Below the pieces are notes generated by a model, which saw nothing but the letters and a program-made list of their open reading frames with translations, was not told the origin of the DNA and ran no database searches. 64,000 bases of DNA from an uncultured Planctomycetaceae bacterium (GTDB lineage: Bacteria; Planctomycetota; Phycisphaerae; SM23-33), in contig CAYYMD010000005.1 of the NCBI GenBank assembly GCA_964472875.1, positions 7,670 to 71,669 of the forward strand. The letters run 5' to 3'. The position numbers and the translations under genes are program-made. Shown here piece after piece: positions 9,067 to 18,420 of the stretch (its first letter is position 1; every line of letters begins with the position of its first letter).

Positions 9067-10227
9067 ATGAATACCATGTATGCAAGGTCAATTCGGGATC
9101 GTGTTCGGAAAGATGATTATTTTCAGGCGGCGCGTCGGCGCAGGGACACATGGTTAGGCAGCAGACTTAAGCACACTGCGTTTACCCTGGTCGAACTGCT
9201 GGTGGTCATTTTCATAATCGCTATGCTGGTGGCCATACTTGTCCCCAATCTATCCAAAGCCATGAGCGTTTCAAGGCGCGTTCAGTGCGCCAAGCAACTG
9301 CACGACATGGGCGTGGCTGCCGGTGCAATTCGTTCCAGTGGGGACACGGCGTATAACCCAGAACCGCTGTTGACCAAAACTGGCTGGGGAGGGCAACTGT
9401 TGGCCAAACTTAACGAGGAATCCTTTATTTGTCCCGAAGAAGACCCCATGCTGCCCATAGACGCAGTAAGGCATCCGCACCCCATGTCGAATTTGGGGGG
9501 ATACAGCATATACAATAAAGGCCTTGGCCACTATACGCCTTTAGAAGAAGGAGCATGGATGGTCAAACTGTCACAAACACAATTTAATAATGCTAAAAAC
9601 CAGGGTTACTTACGGGACAAGGGGCGGTGGTGGAACCCGTGGACGTATGAACCGGACAACAATCCGGGACATTACTATTTATGCTATGAAGGTATGCGAT
9701 GGAAACAAATATATAATAATCGTCAAGAGAAGGAAGAACCCGACTTTGATGATATAATCATCGAGGTGGAATTACAGCCCGGAGGCGAGACACGCGTTAC
9801 TAGTAGATATCAACCGGGGCCTTGGCCTCCTAATGGATCGACGATATATACGCATGCCATGGTTAACGAGGAGGGGGAAAAGTTTTTCGACCCGCTCAAT
9901 TTCTACCCTACTCCTACTATCTTCGATGTGGACACGGGCATGTGCAGTTACGGCATCAACTATAACGATAATGTCCGCAAGCTGGAAAGTATGGGAAAGA
10001 AGGTGCTTCTGCTGGATTACGAGGCGATGTGCGCGGAAGAGGATGACGAATACTGGGAAACCGGCCAAACGGGGGACCGCGACGGCGATGGGACGCTTGA
10101 CATCGCGCGCCACAGCGGCAAAATGAACGTTCTGTACCTCGACGGATCTGTGGAGGCGAAACGTCCGGAGGAAATCAATCCCCAGGGCGATTCGAAGATT
10201 CGCAACAGGATATGGGAAGAGAACTGA
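9067..10227 (+). CDS. DUF1559 (H-X9-DG) protein with prepilin-type N-terminal cleavage/methylation domain
   Basis: FTLVELLVVIFIIAMLVAILVPNL is a class III signal / N-methylation hydrophobic segment. The C-terminal HSGKMNVLYLDGSVE is an exact H-X9-DG motif. This family is abundant in Planctomycetota and relatives. Confidence 0.7.
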   Translation: MNTMYARSIRDRVRKDDYFQAARRRRDTWLGSRLKHTAFTLVELLVVIFIIAMLVAILVPNLSKAMSVSRRVQCAKQLHDMGVAAGAIRSSGDTAYNPEPLLTKTGWGGQLLAKLNEESFICPEEDPMLPIDAVRHPHPMSNLGGYSIYNKGLGHYTPLEEGAWMVKLSQTQFNNAKNQGYLRDKGRWWNPWTYEPDNNPGHYYLCYEGMRWKQIYNNRQEKEEPDFDDIIIEVELQPGGETRVTSRYQPGPWPPNGSTIYTHAMVNEEGEKFFDPLNFYPTPTIFDVDTGMCSYGINYNDNVRKLESMGKKVLLLDYEAMCAEEDDEYWETGQTGDRDGDGTLDIARHSGKMNVLYLDGSVEAKRPEEINPQGDSKIRNRIWEEN

Positions 10228-10281
10228 TTTGTAGTTCACGCGGCGCGGCGCAAAGACAAAGAGCGGAGAAGCGTTAATGTA

Positions 10282-10950
10282 ATGATACAGATGAGCCGTC
10301 GGATGTATATTCTTACAGGCATAGCCGTAGTGCTGGCCTGTGTTGCGGTGTGGACTCTGCTGACGGGAGAGGATATAAATGTAGATGACCCGATCCTGGC
10401 CAAAGTTTTGCGCCTGGAGCAGGAAGGCGATGTGGAAGCGCTTGCCCAAGCAGCCGGGGACGATAACACCCATCTTGCCGCCGAGGCCACAAAGGCCCTG
10501 GGGCGCATGGAAGTTGAAACCATACCACACGTGAAGGAATCCCTGAAAGACCGTCGCCAAAGGGTGCGCGAGGCGGCGGCGGGCGCGATTGGAAACATGG
10601 GCAGGCCCGCCGTGAGAAAATATCCCGGGGTAGTCGCCGACCTCGCACGGGTGGCGATGAATGACGACTCGGTGAATGTCAGGGCTTCGGCTGTGACTGC
10701 CCTCGGCAAGATGCGGGCCCACGAACACATGGAGGCGCTGCTGTCGGCCATGGACGATCCGGACGCTGCGGTCCGCGGGCGGGCGGCAAAGGCCGTTTCC
10801 AGGATTATCGGACGCGAATACGGCTTCAGGGCGAGCGCGCCGCGGGACCGGCGCCGCCAAGTTATTAAAAAGATCAGGGGCATCTGGCCGGAAATCGAAC
10901 CCTATATCCGCGAGTATTATTCCGAGGAATCACATCGCTGGAATGATTAA
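10282..10950 (+). CDS. HEAT-repeat (PBS-lyase-like) protein with N-terminal TM or signal segment
   Basis: Repeated Ala/Arg-rich helical hairpins (VREAAAGAIGNMG; VRASAVTALGKMR; VRGRAAKAVSRII) typical of HEAT/PBS lyase repeats. The N-terminus is hydrophobic (ILTGIAVVLACVAVWTLL). Confidence 0.5.
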   Translation: MIQMSRRMYILTGIAVVLACVAVWTLLTGEDINVDDPILAKVLRLEQEGDVEALAQAAGDDNTHLAAEATKALGRMEVETIPHVKESLKDRRQRVREAAAGAIGNMGRPAVRKYPGVVADLARVAMNDDSVNVRASAVTALGKMRAHEHMEALLSAMDDPDAAVRGRAAKAVSRIIGREYGFRASAPRDRRRQVIKKIRGIWPEIEPYIREYYSEESHRWND

Positions 10951-11377
10951 CTTAACCCTGTCGCAATGGGTCATAGCAACCGGAGATTTTACCTGCTGCG
11001 CTTCGGTCTGCGCCTGACTGGGGTGATAACTACTATCCGGGGCCCTGTTGCATCTCAGAGTTGAGACCGCGATTTGCCGCTGTACTTGCGGCGGAGGCGC
11101 TTAAGTATATCCAGGGCGGCCATTTGGATAACCGACGACCTGCCCGCCGACTGGTTTTCAAAAAGGTTGGCAGGCGGGTTCGTTCCATATGCTTAGATTT
11201 TTTTTGGCGCGGTAAGTCAAGTCGCGAGGCAGTTGCGCCAGCTGCACAATGGTGCTGCAATGGCCGATGGTTATAGCCGTGACCAAGTCACGAAAACGGT
11301 CCTATGCAGGTCCGACGAAGTGCTTGCATATGTGGTGAAAAAATTTTTTAACTTCCGCCGGAATCTCGCCGATGGTG

Positions 11378-11399
11378 GATTCCGGCGCGCCGGGATTCC
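11378..11399. repeat. Dispersed palindromic motif, copy 1 (GATTCCGGCGCGCCGGGATTCC)
   Basis: The core palindrome CCGGCGCGCCGG with GGATTCC flanks lies in an intergenic region and is preceded by a second inverted repeat GCCGGAATC ... GATTCCGGC. Confidence 0.6.
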
Positions 11400-11482
11400 T
11401 TCAATAAGTCTTTCTGCAAAAATGCCATATCAGCAGTTGCAGCCGCGTTTATTTTGTGCTAATCACCATCGATATTTCCTAA

Positions 11483-12580
11483 GTGGGGAAGTTTGGAGAT
11501 ATGGAGAGTAAATTAATGAATCACAAAGAACGCGTGCATACAGCTATACGTCACGAAATACCTGACATTACGCCCAAAGGCGATTTGGCAATCGAGGAAA
11601 AGCTTATTCGCAGCATTATCGGTCGGGTCCATTACGGGCGGATGAGCGCTAACGAGCGACTGCTTGCGACCTGGAACCGCCTGGGCGCCGACCTGGTCAA
11701 CATACATGAGTTCCCGATGGAACGGGTCGGGCGGACTGATTCGGGAAGTCCTATATTCCGCTCTGTTCTGGGCGACGAACATGTCATGGCGCCGGGCGCC
11801 TGCCGACTGCACCGGCCTGCAATGTCCGACATCGCGGAGGCCGAGCGATATGAAACCCCGGATGCCTCAACATGCAAAAGCGACTCTCTGGACTGGTTCG
11901 TCGCCAACAGCGATCTGTTTGTCTTCGCCCAGATCATGGGCCCGGTAAGCGCTCTGGACTGGATGCTGGGCACGGAGGATTTCCTCGTATATTGCATGAC
12001 CGAAACGAATTCCGTCCGGGACCTGATGGAGAAGGTAGCCAACTACGAAATCACTCGGGCTAAAATTTTTCTCGACCACGGCGCCGATGCGATTATGATT
12101 ACTGACGACATCGCATACAACGGCGGATTATTCCTGCCGCCGAGGATTATGGAAGAATTGGTTTGGGATCTGTACGTTCACATGTTGAGCGAGATAAAGA
12201 ACTGTCACAAAGCGCCGGTTTTTTTGCACACCGATGGCGATATCCGCGAGGTGCTTGGGAACATAGTCAAATGTGGATTTGACGGTCTGCATTCGCTGCA
12301 ACCTAGCGCAGGCATGGACATAGTGCAGGTCAAGCGCGACTTTGGCAATCGGCTTTGCCTGATGGGCAATATGGACCTGAATCACCTTATGCCTTATGGT
12401 GCGCCGGAAGAGGTAAGCAGGCAGGCAAAGTGGTTGTGCGAAACTATTGGCGGCAACGGCGGTTTCATTCTCGCAACGTGTAATGTGCTGACCGGTGCAA
12501 TCCCACTTGAAAACGTTTACGCCATGTATGGGGTTTCACCGCCGGACGGCAGTGAAACAGCCACCAGGAAAAATACATGA
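11483..12580 (+). CDS. Uroporphyrinogen decarboxylase (URO-D)/MtaA-like family protein
   Basis: 365-aa TIM-barrel-like protein resembling the URO-D/methylcobamide methyltransferase superfamily (ADAIMITDDIAYNGGLFLPP ... FLHTDGDIREVLGNIV ... LHSLQPSAGMD). The start codon is ambiguous among Mets at residues 1, 7 and 11. The stop overlaps the start of the symporter gene. Confidence 0.5.
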   Translation: MGKFGDMESKLMNHKERVHTAIRHEIPDITPKGDLAIEEKLIRSIIGRVHYGRMSANERLLATWNRLGADLVNIHEFPMERVGRTDSGSPIFRSVLGDEHVMAPGACRLHRPAMSDIAEAERYETPDASTCKSDSLDWFVANSDLFVFAQIMGPVSALDWMLGTEDFLVYCMTETNSVRDLMEKVANYEITRAKIFLDHGADAIMITDDIAYNGGLFLPPRIMEELVWDLYVHMLSEIKNCHKAPVFLHTDGDIREVLGNIVKCGFDGLHSLQPSAGMDIVQVKRDFGNRLCLMGNMDLNHLMPYGAPEEVSRQAKWLCETIGGNGGFILATCNVLTGAIPLENVYAMYGVSPPDGSETATRKNT

Positions 12581-14409
12581 CCATAATCGATACAATTGTA
12601 ATAGTTTTGTATTTAATAGGCATCGTTGCGGTGGGAGTGTATTTCTACCGCCTTTCGTCGAGGGGGACGCGGGCCTACTTCTTAGGGGGCAATAAGCTGC
12701 CGTGGTGGGCACTTGCAGCATCGGGCTCCGCGTCAAACTATGATGTGACAGGAACAATGTTCCTGGTCTCGCTGTTTTACGTAGTCGGGCTACGTAGTTT
12801 CTGGATGCTGTGGAGTTGGCAGTTCATGTCTGCGGCATTCCTGATGTCCTATATGGCTATATGGATCCGACGAACGAGGGTTATGACGGCCGTGGAACTT
12901 CTTCACATCCGCTTCGGAGCGGGCCCCGGTGGACGCATGGCTCGCACAGCCGGGGCCGTGTTAATGGTTACATTCCTGGTTTTCTCGATAGGTTATGCAT
13001 TCGTAGGTATAAGCAAGTTCCTGCCCCACGTGATCCCGGAATGGATACCCGGCAACGGGCGAATATGGGCGGTCGTGATAATGCTGTTGACTACCGTGTA
13101 CGTAACAGTGGGCGGCCTATCCGGCGTTGTGGTAACCGACCTCATACAGGCCGTGCTGATGAGCGTGGGCGGGATTCTTGTAGGGGTAATTGTTTTCATG
13201 AAACTCGACCTCTCAACCGTAGCCACCCTGCACGAACGTTTCGATACCAATATGCTTCCGCAGGCACAACTGTCGATGCCCCCCGGATATGAAACATGGA
13301 ATGACTTTGGCATCCTGTGCCTGTTCTGGTTTGCCGCTGGACTGTTGCTGAACATGAGCGGAGCCGGCGGACACTACCAGGAGCAAAGGTTTCTCGCTAC
13401 AAGGTCGGCGGGCGACTCCGCTCGCGCAGGTTGTGCATGGGGCATTTTTCTGATTCCACGCTGGGCCATGGTCGCCGGCTTCTGCTACATCGCTGCGACG
13501 GGAATGGCCGGCGCAGACGACCCGGAGCAGATTCTGCCGGTTGTGTTAATGGAAATGATTCCCGCCGGTCTTCGCGGCCTGCTTCTGGCGGCTTTTCTTG
13601 CGGCATTCATGTCCACATTCAGCTCTTACGTCAACGCTGCGGCTTCAATGGTTATCCGTGACCTGCTGCATCCTTTCATGCCGCGGATGAAAGACAGAAG
13701 CCAGGTTCTGGCTGGTTATATTGTCAGCGTAATGGCGGTTGCCTTAGGCATAATAATCGGCTTTAACGCCGAATCGATTAAAAATATATGGGTCTGGATG
13801 ATTATCGGGCTTATAGGCGGTTCTTTGATACCGAACGTGCTGCGCTGGCACTGGCACAGATTGAACGGATGGGGTTACTCTGCAGGTATATTCCTGGGCC
13901 TGATAACTGCGATGGCGGTGCGGTGCGGCCTGTTCGGCAAGGACCCTGCCGAGTATGTTTACGCACCGGTGGTCTGGATTATGACCTTGATCGGATGTGT
14001 GGCGGGATCACTTCTGACCCGCCCGGCGCCCACAAAGGTGCTGGAACGCTTCTACCGGACAGTCAGGCCGTTCGGATTCTGGGGGCCGGTCAAGAGGAAG
14101 GTCAATGCCACACCTCCTATCGGCGGCGTGGATTCTTCGCCCCTGCGCATAGCAGGTAATGTAGTGGTGGCTACAGTCAGTCTTATCAGCGCTTTCCTGG
14201 CCACATTTTTTATCGTGGGACATTATCTGCTGGCATCGATAATAACATTAATCACGGCTCTAACCGGTAGTGTTATACTCTATTTAACCTGGTACCGCCC
14301 GCTGGTTGCCGGTGAAAAGACCATAGATGATCCGCAGAAGCGGGAAAGCGAGAACACCGTCCGCTATTTTAAGATTAATCCTGAAGACTCTGAAGGCCGT
14401 AATCAATGA
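12577..14409 (+). CDS. Sodium:solute symporter family (SSS) transporter
   Basis: 610 aa with 13 or more TM helices. The N-terminal SSS signature (AYFLGGNKLPWWALAASGSASNYDVTGTMFLVSLFYVVG) is present. ATGA start/stop overlaps on both sides. Confidence 0.75.
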   Translation: MTIIDTIVIVLYLIGIVAVGVYFYRLSSRGTRAYFLGGNKLPWWALAASGSASNYDVTGTMFLVSLFYVVGLRSFWMLWSWQFMSAAFLMSYMAIWIRRTRVMTAVELLHIRFGAGPGGRMARTAGAVLMVTFLVFSIGYAFVGISKFLPHVIPEWIPGNGRIWAVVIMLLTTVYVTVGGLSGVVVTDLIQAVLMSVGGILVGVIVFMKLDLSTVATLHERFDTNMLPQAQLSMPPGYETWNDFGILCLFWFAAGLLLNMSGAGGHYQEQRFLATRSAGDSARAGCAWGIFLIPRWAMVAGFCYIAATGMAGADDPEQILPVVLMEMIPAGLRGLLLAAFLAAFMSTFSSYVNAAASMVIRDLLHPFMPRMKDRSQVLAGYIVSVMAVALGIIIGFNAESIKNIWVWMIIGLIGGSLIPNVLRWHWHRLNGWGYSAGIFLGLITAMAVRCGLFGKDPAEYVYAPVVWIMTLIGCVAGSLLTRPAPTKVLERFYRTVRPFGFWGPVKRKVNATPPIGGVDSSPLRIAGNVVVATVSLISAFLATFFIVGHYLLASIITLITALTGSVILYLTWYRPLVAGEKTIDDPQKRESENTVRYFKINPEDSEGRNQ

Positions 14410-17400
14410 AACAAACAAAAGGCATAGAGAAAATAATCGACAAGTGGCGCGGACTAATCAAGAGTAAAAAGCGGGCTATTATCAGTTTTGAAGAAATTAT
14501 CCAAGGCCGCATAGAATCACTGAAACCCTGGATATATCCCGACAGCGAACCACTGGAGGGGTGGACTTACCGGCAGTTTAAATATGACCGCCACGGCAAT
14601 CGCACCTTTGTGGATGACGAATGGCGGCCGATCCGTCCCGGCGATACCTGGGGCGGCGAGGACATGAGCGCCTATTTCCGCTGCAAGGCCTCTATTCCAG
14701 AACGGTTCAGGGGCAGAACCGTAGTGCTCAAATTATATTTTAGCGGAGACGGCCTGCTCAGAGTCAACGGCGACGCATTCCACGGTCTAGACCCGTTTCG
14801 CGACACTATATTTATGACCGAAAACGCCCAAGGTGACGAGTGCTTCGACTTGGAAGCGGAATCGTACATTATGTGGCACTTCGGCGAGGGCACCGTTAAA
14901 CATTTTGAAATCTCACAGTGGGCCGTTTTTGACCGAGAGCTTCACGAGGCGTATTGGGATCTAAAGACCGTTTTCAACCTAATGATGTCGGAGAAGACAA
15001 ACCCTGATGTCGTTAATTTTATCCGCAAGCACCTGGACGACTCCACCCGTCACATCGATCAGCGATGCGAAGACGGGGCGACAGTGCGTGAAATGGCGGT
15101 CCGGGCCCGGAAAATTATAAGAGAGAAAGTATATTCCTGCGACAGTTTCCGCCACGAGGGACTCTTGCACCTTACCGGCAATTCTCATCTTGATCTTGTT
15201 TACCTTTGGACACACGCTGAGTTTATCCGCAAGATAGGGCGCTCCCACGCCACGGCCCTGCGGCTGATGGAGCGATACCCCGAATACATATTTACCCAAA
15301 GTCAGCCCCACATGTATGATCAAATGAAGCGCCACTACCCGGAACTTTTCGAACAGGTTAAGCGGCGAATCGCCGAGGGTCGCTGGGAGGCCATAGGAGC
15401 GTTCTGGGTCGAGCCGGATTGCAACCTGATATCCGGGGAGTCAATGGTTCGCCAGATTATGCATGGTGTTGCCTATTACCAGAAAGAGTTCGGAGTCACG
15501 CCGCGGACCGCGTGGATTCCGGATGTCTTCGGCAACGCCTGGACCATGCCACAAATACTCGTCAAGTGCGGCCTGGAGTTCTTCGTAACGCACAAGATGA
15601 GCATCTGGAACGACACCAATGCGTGGACAAAGAACGTGTTCTGGTGGGAGGGCCCCGACGGATCACGTATATTCTCGCACGTGCCCACCACACATTTTAT
15701 CGGAACGGCAGAACCGGACCACTTGCAGGAGCACTGGGAAAGATTCTCCGATAAAGTGGAAATCGGCGAGTCCCTTTACTGCTATGGGTGGGGCGACGGC
15801 GGTGGCGGTCCGGATGCGGAAATGCTGGAATATTGCTGTCGTTACAGGTCGCTGCCGGGGCTCGTTCCATGCCGCAACTCCACGGTTGAGGATGCTCTGG
15901 AAAGCATGCGCGAGCGAGCCGAAAATGCCGATATACCTGTTATCAACGACGAACTCTACCTCGAAGAACATCGTGGCGTTAACACCACCAAGGGGCGACT
16001 CAAGAAATTGAACCGCTACTGCGAGCATCTGTACCGCAAGGCCGAATTGTTCAACTGTTTCTGCCGCGTTGCGTATCCGGCTGAAAGACTCCGTCAGGGC
16101 TGGCGGGAAGTTCTCGTCAACCAATTCCACGATTCACTGCCGGGGACACATGACTCGCGTTCTTACCTAGACATTCTGGAGTCCTATGACAGGGCGGTCG
16201 CCATTGGTCGGCAAGAGCTTCAAAATGCCCTGGAAGACATCATATCGCAAATCGACACCGACGGTCCGGGCCGGGCAGCCGTGATCTTCAATTCACTGCC
16301 GGCACCGCGGGACACCCGCGTCTCGATCCCGTGCGAACTTCCGGCCGCAACCGTGCTGGACCGCCGAGGAAATGAGATCCCCTGCCAGTTCAGCACAGAT
16401 TACCAAACGCACCAGCGAACACTTGAGTTTGAAGTAACCGATTTGCCTCCTGTTGGTTATGAGGTTTACCATATATTGGACAAACAGGAGGGTACGCACC
16501 GACCACGTCTCGAGTGTTACTATGGAGACAATGGTGAGATAATCCTCAATAACGAGCATATTCGAGCGGTAATCGATCAGGAGGGATGTATTGCCTCTCT
16601 GACGGACAAAAGCACCGGACGCGAGTTCATAGATACCCGCCGACGGGCAAACGTTTTCAAGCTTTACGAGGACATCCCCGGTACGTTCGATGCCTGGGAC
16701 ATAGAGGAACACTACACCAGCCACGAGTTCGACATGGGCACTGCCAAGGTGGCCATTCTTGAACAGGGTCCAGTAAAGGCGGTGGTCGAGGTCAACCGTT
16801 GTTTCCGTAATTCGCAACTTCGGCAGCAAATAGTACTGGGTGCGCAGGCCCGTCGCTTGGACTTTTGTACGTGGGTGGACTGGAAAGAACAGCGCAAACT
16901 GCTGAAGGTGCGTTTCCATACAAATATTCGCAGCCGAACGGCTACATATGACATCCCCTACGGAAACATTGAACGCCCTACTACAAGGAACAATTCTTAC
17001 GAGGCCGCCAAGTTTGAAGTACCCGGCCACGAGTGGATGGACCTTTCACAGGCCGATAGGGGCCTGAGCCTGCTGACAGATTCTAAATACGGATACGAGG
17101 CGCTCGGCTGTATGATATCGCTGTCGCTACTGAAAGGCCCCTTGTACCCAGACCCAACCTCGGATCAGGAGGAACATTACTTCACGTATTCATTGTATCC
17201 CCACGCAGACGGATGGCGGCGAACGGATACGATAGGGCAGGCCGCCGATTTGAACGACCCTGTGGAAGTTGTTATGTCCGAGCCGCATACGGGGCAAGCT
17301 CCCACCAGACGTTCATTTCTTCGGATGCAGGGTGAAGGCGTTACGCTGGAGGCAGTCAAGCAGGCCGAGAATGCCGATGGTGTAATTGTGCGCGTGGTCG

Positions 17401-17585
17401 AGCGACATGGCGGTGAGAAAACCGTTACACTCGAATTGTATGGAAATTTCGGATCAGTTTGCGAGTGCGACCTTCTTGAACGTGATGGGCAACCTCTGTC
17501 CAAAAATGCGGCCGGAAAAGTGTCGCTGGCTATCCGTCCCTACGAGATAAAGACACTGAGATTCACCAACGGACCTGCCGACTGA
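14406..17585 (+). CDS. GH38 alpha-mannosidase
   Basis: 1059 aa. The GH38 N-terminal catalytic region (HLTGNSHLDLVYLWT ... WVEPDCNLISGESMVRQ ... WIPDVFGNAWTMPQIL) and the central/C-terminal GH38 domains are present. Confidence 0.8.
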   Translation: MKQTKGIEKIIDKWRGLIKSKKRAIISFEEIIQGRIESLKPWIYPDSEPLEGWTYRQFKYDRHGNRTFVDDEWRPIRPGDTWGGEDMSAYFRCKASIPERFRGRTVVLKLYFSGDGLLRVNGDAFHGLDPFRDTIFMTENAQGDECFDLEAESYIMWHFGEGTVKHFEISQWAVFDRELHEAYWDLKTVFNLMMSEKTNPDVVNFIRKHLDDSTRHIDQRCEDGATVREMAVRARKIIREKVYSCDSFRHEGLLHLTGNSHLDLVYLWTHAEFIRKIGRSHATALRLMERYPEYIFTQSQPHMYDQMKRHYPELFEQVKRRIAEGRWEAIGAFWVEPDCNLISGESMVRQIMHGVAYYQKEFGVTPRTAWIPDVFGNAWTMPQILVKCGLEFFVTHKMSIWNDTNAWTKNVFWWEGPDGSRIFSHVPTTHFIGTAEPDHLQEHWERFSDKVEIGESLYCYGWGDGGGGPDAEMLEYCCRYRSLPGLVPCRNSTVEDALESMRERAENADIPVINDELYLEEHRGVNTTKGRLKKLNRYCEHLYRKAELFNCFCRVAYPAERLRQGWREVLVNQFHDSLPGTHDSRSYLDILESYDRAVAIGRQELQNALEDIISQIDTDGPGRAAVIFNSLPAPRDTRVSIPCELPAATVLDRRGNEIPCQFSTDYQTHQRTLEFEVTDLPPVGYEVYHILDKQEGTHRPRLECYYGDNGEIILNNEHIRAVIDQEGCIASLTDKSTGREFIDTRRRANVFKLYEDIPGTFDAWDIEEHYTSHEFDMGTAKVAILEQGPVKAVVEVNRCFRNSQLRQQIVLGAQARRLDFCTWVDWKEQRKLLKVRFHTNIRSRTATYDIPYGNIERPTTRNNSYEAAKFEVPGHEWMDLSQADRGLSLLTDSKYGYEALGCMISLSLLKGPLYPDPTSDQEEHYFTYSLYPHADGWRRTDTIGQAADLNDPVEVVMSEPHTGQAPTRRSFLRMQGEGVTLEAVKQAENADGVIVRVVERHGGEKTVTLELYGNFGSVCECDLLERDGQPLSKNAAGKVSLAIRPYEIKTLRFTNGPAD

Positions 17586-17754
17586 CACCCACGAGACTCC
17601 GCCTTCAATAATAACCATAACCAAAACTAATAAATCTTTTCCGAGCCGATTGCTCTGGCTGTAAATGACTGCCGCAAGGGGAATAAACTGCCATGGTTTA
17701 AAACCACGTAGCATTGCTGCTACGGATTTCGCCCGTCCGCCTGCTCCAAAGTGG

Positions 17755-18420
17755 TTTGGGATTTGGGTATTTGGGATTTGTTTCGCATTTCGATATCAGT
17801 ATTTCGGATTTTCATATTCTCCCATCCGGCCGTGTTTGTAAGCGCCCACTGTCAAGGGGGGGATGTTTTTTTCAATATGTTGCGTTATTATCCCCGCATT
17901 CACATGCGACAGCGGGGGCTTACTAAAATTACAAAAAACGCGTGCGGCCCTGCGGCCGAATTACGAATGACGAAATTCGAATGTCGAATCAATGACGAAT
18001 GCACGAATTACGAAACAAATCCGAAATCCCGACGGGACCTTTGGGCCCGGAGGGGCCGTCGGTCCGAAATTCGAAATATGTTTATCCCCTGCATCCCTGC
18101 TGATTTGCGCGCGCAGTTTGTCCGCGGAATCGGCCATAGCGCCCGAAAAAATAAAATTTTTTATGTCTTCTCCCGGCCGTGGGTTACGAATTCCGCATAC
18201 GCCCAACAGGCGCGGTTTGCGCGCGCAAAGGCGTTGTTTCGTCCAAGTATGGAGGGAAAAGTAAAAACTTAAAACTAAAAACTGAAAACTTAAATGCTGC
18301 CCGTCGCCATGGTGAAAAATGACCAATCCCGGCGCGCCGGGATTCCCAATGTCCAATTTCCTTACAAAAAACGCCGCGGGGCGGGCGGATCTGAAATCTC
18401 AAATTTTAAATTTCAAATTC
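17755..18420. repeat. Cluster of distinct short tandem repeats inside a 1.25-kb AT-rich non-coding region
   Basis: Seen directly in the sequence. (TTTGGGA/TTTGGGTA) x3.5 at 17755-17780. Degenerate heptamer NCGAAWN about 10x at 17955-18027 and again at 18061-18077. AAAACTN x4 at 18264-18291. AAATTTY x3 at 18398-18420. The perfect palindrome TTGCGCGCGCAA occurs twice (18105-18116 and 18217-18228). A G7 tract then a T7 tract at 17856-17872. Confidence 0.7.
18325..18344. repeat. Dispersed palindromic motif, copy 2 (AATCCCGGCGCGCCGGGATT, perfect 20-nt palindrome)
   Basis: It shares the core CCGGCGCGCCGGGATTCC with copy 1 and is intergenic. Confidence 0.6.

Noticed and set aside
9772-10883. Minus-strand ORFs of 362 aa and 215 aa
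   Set aside because: They are antisense to the DUF1559 and HEAT-repeat genes. Their composition is Arg/Pro/His-rich with no TM or domain features.
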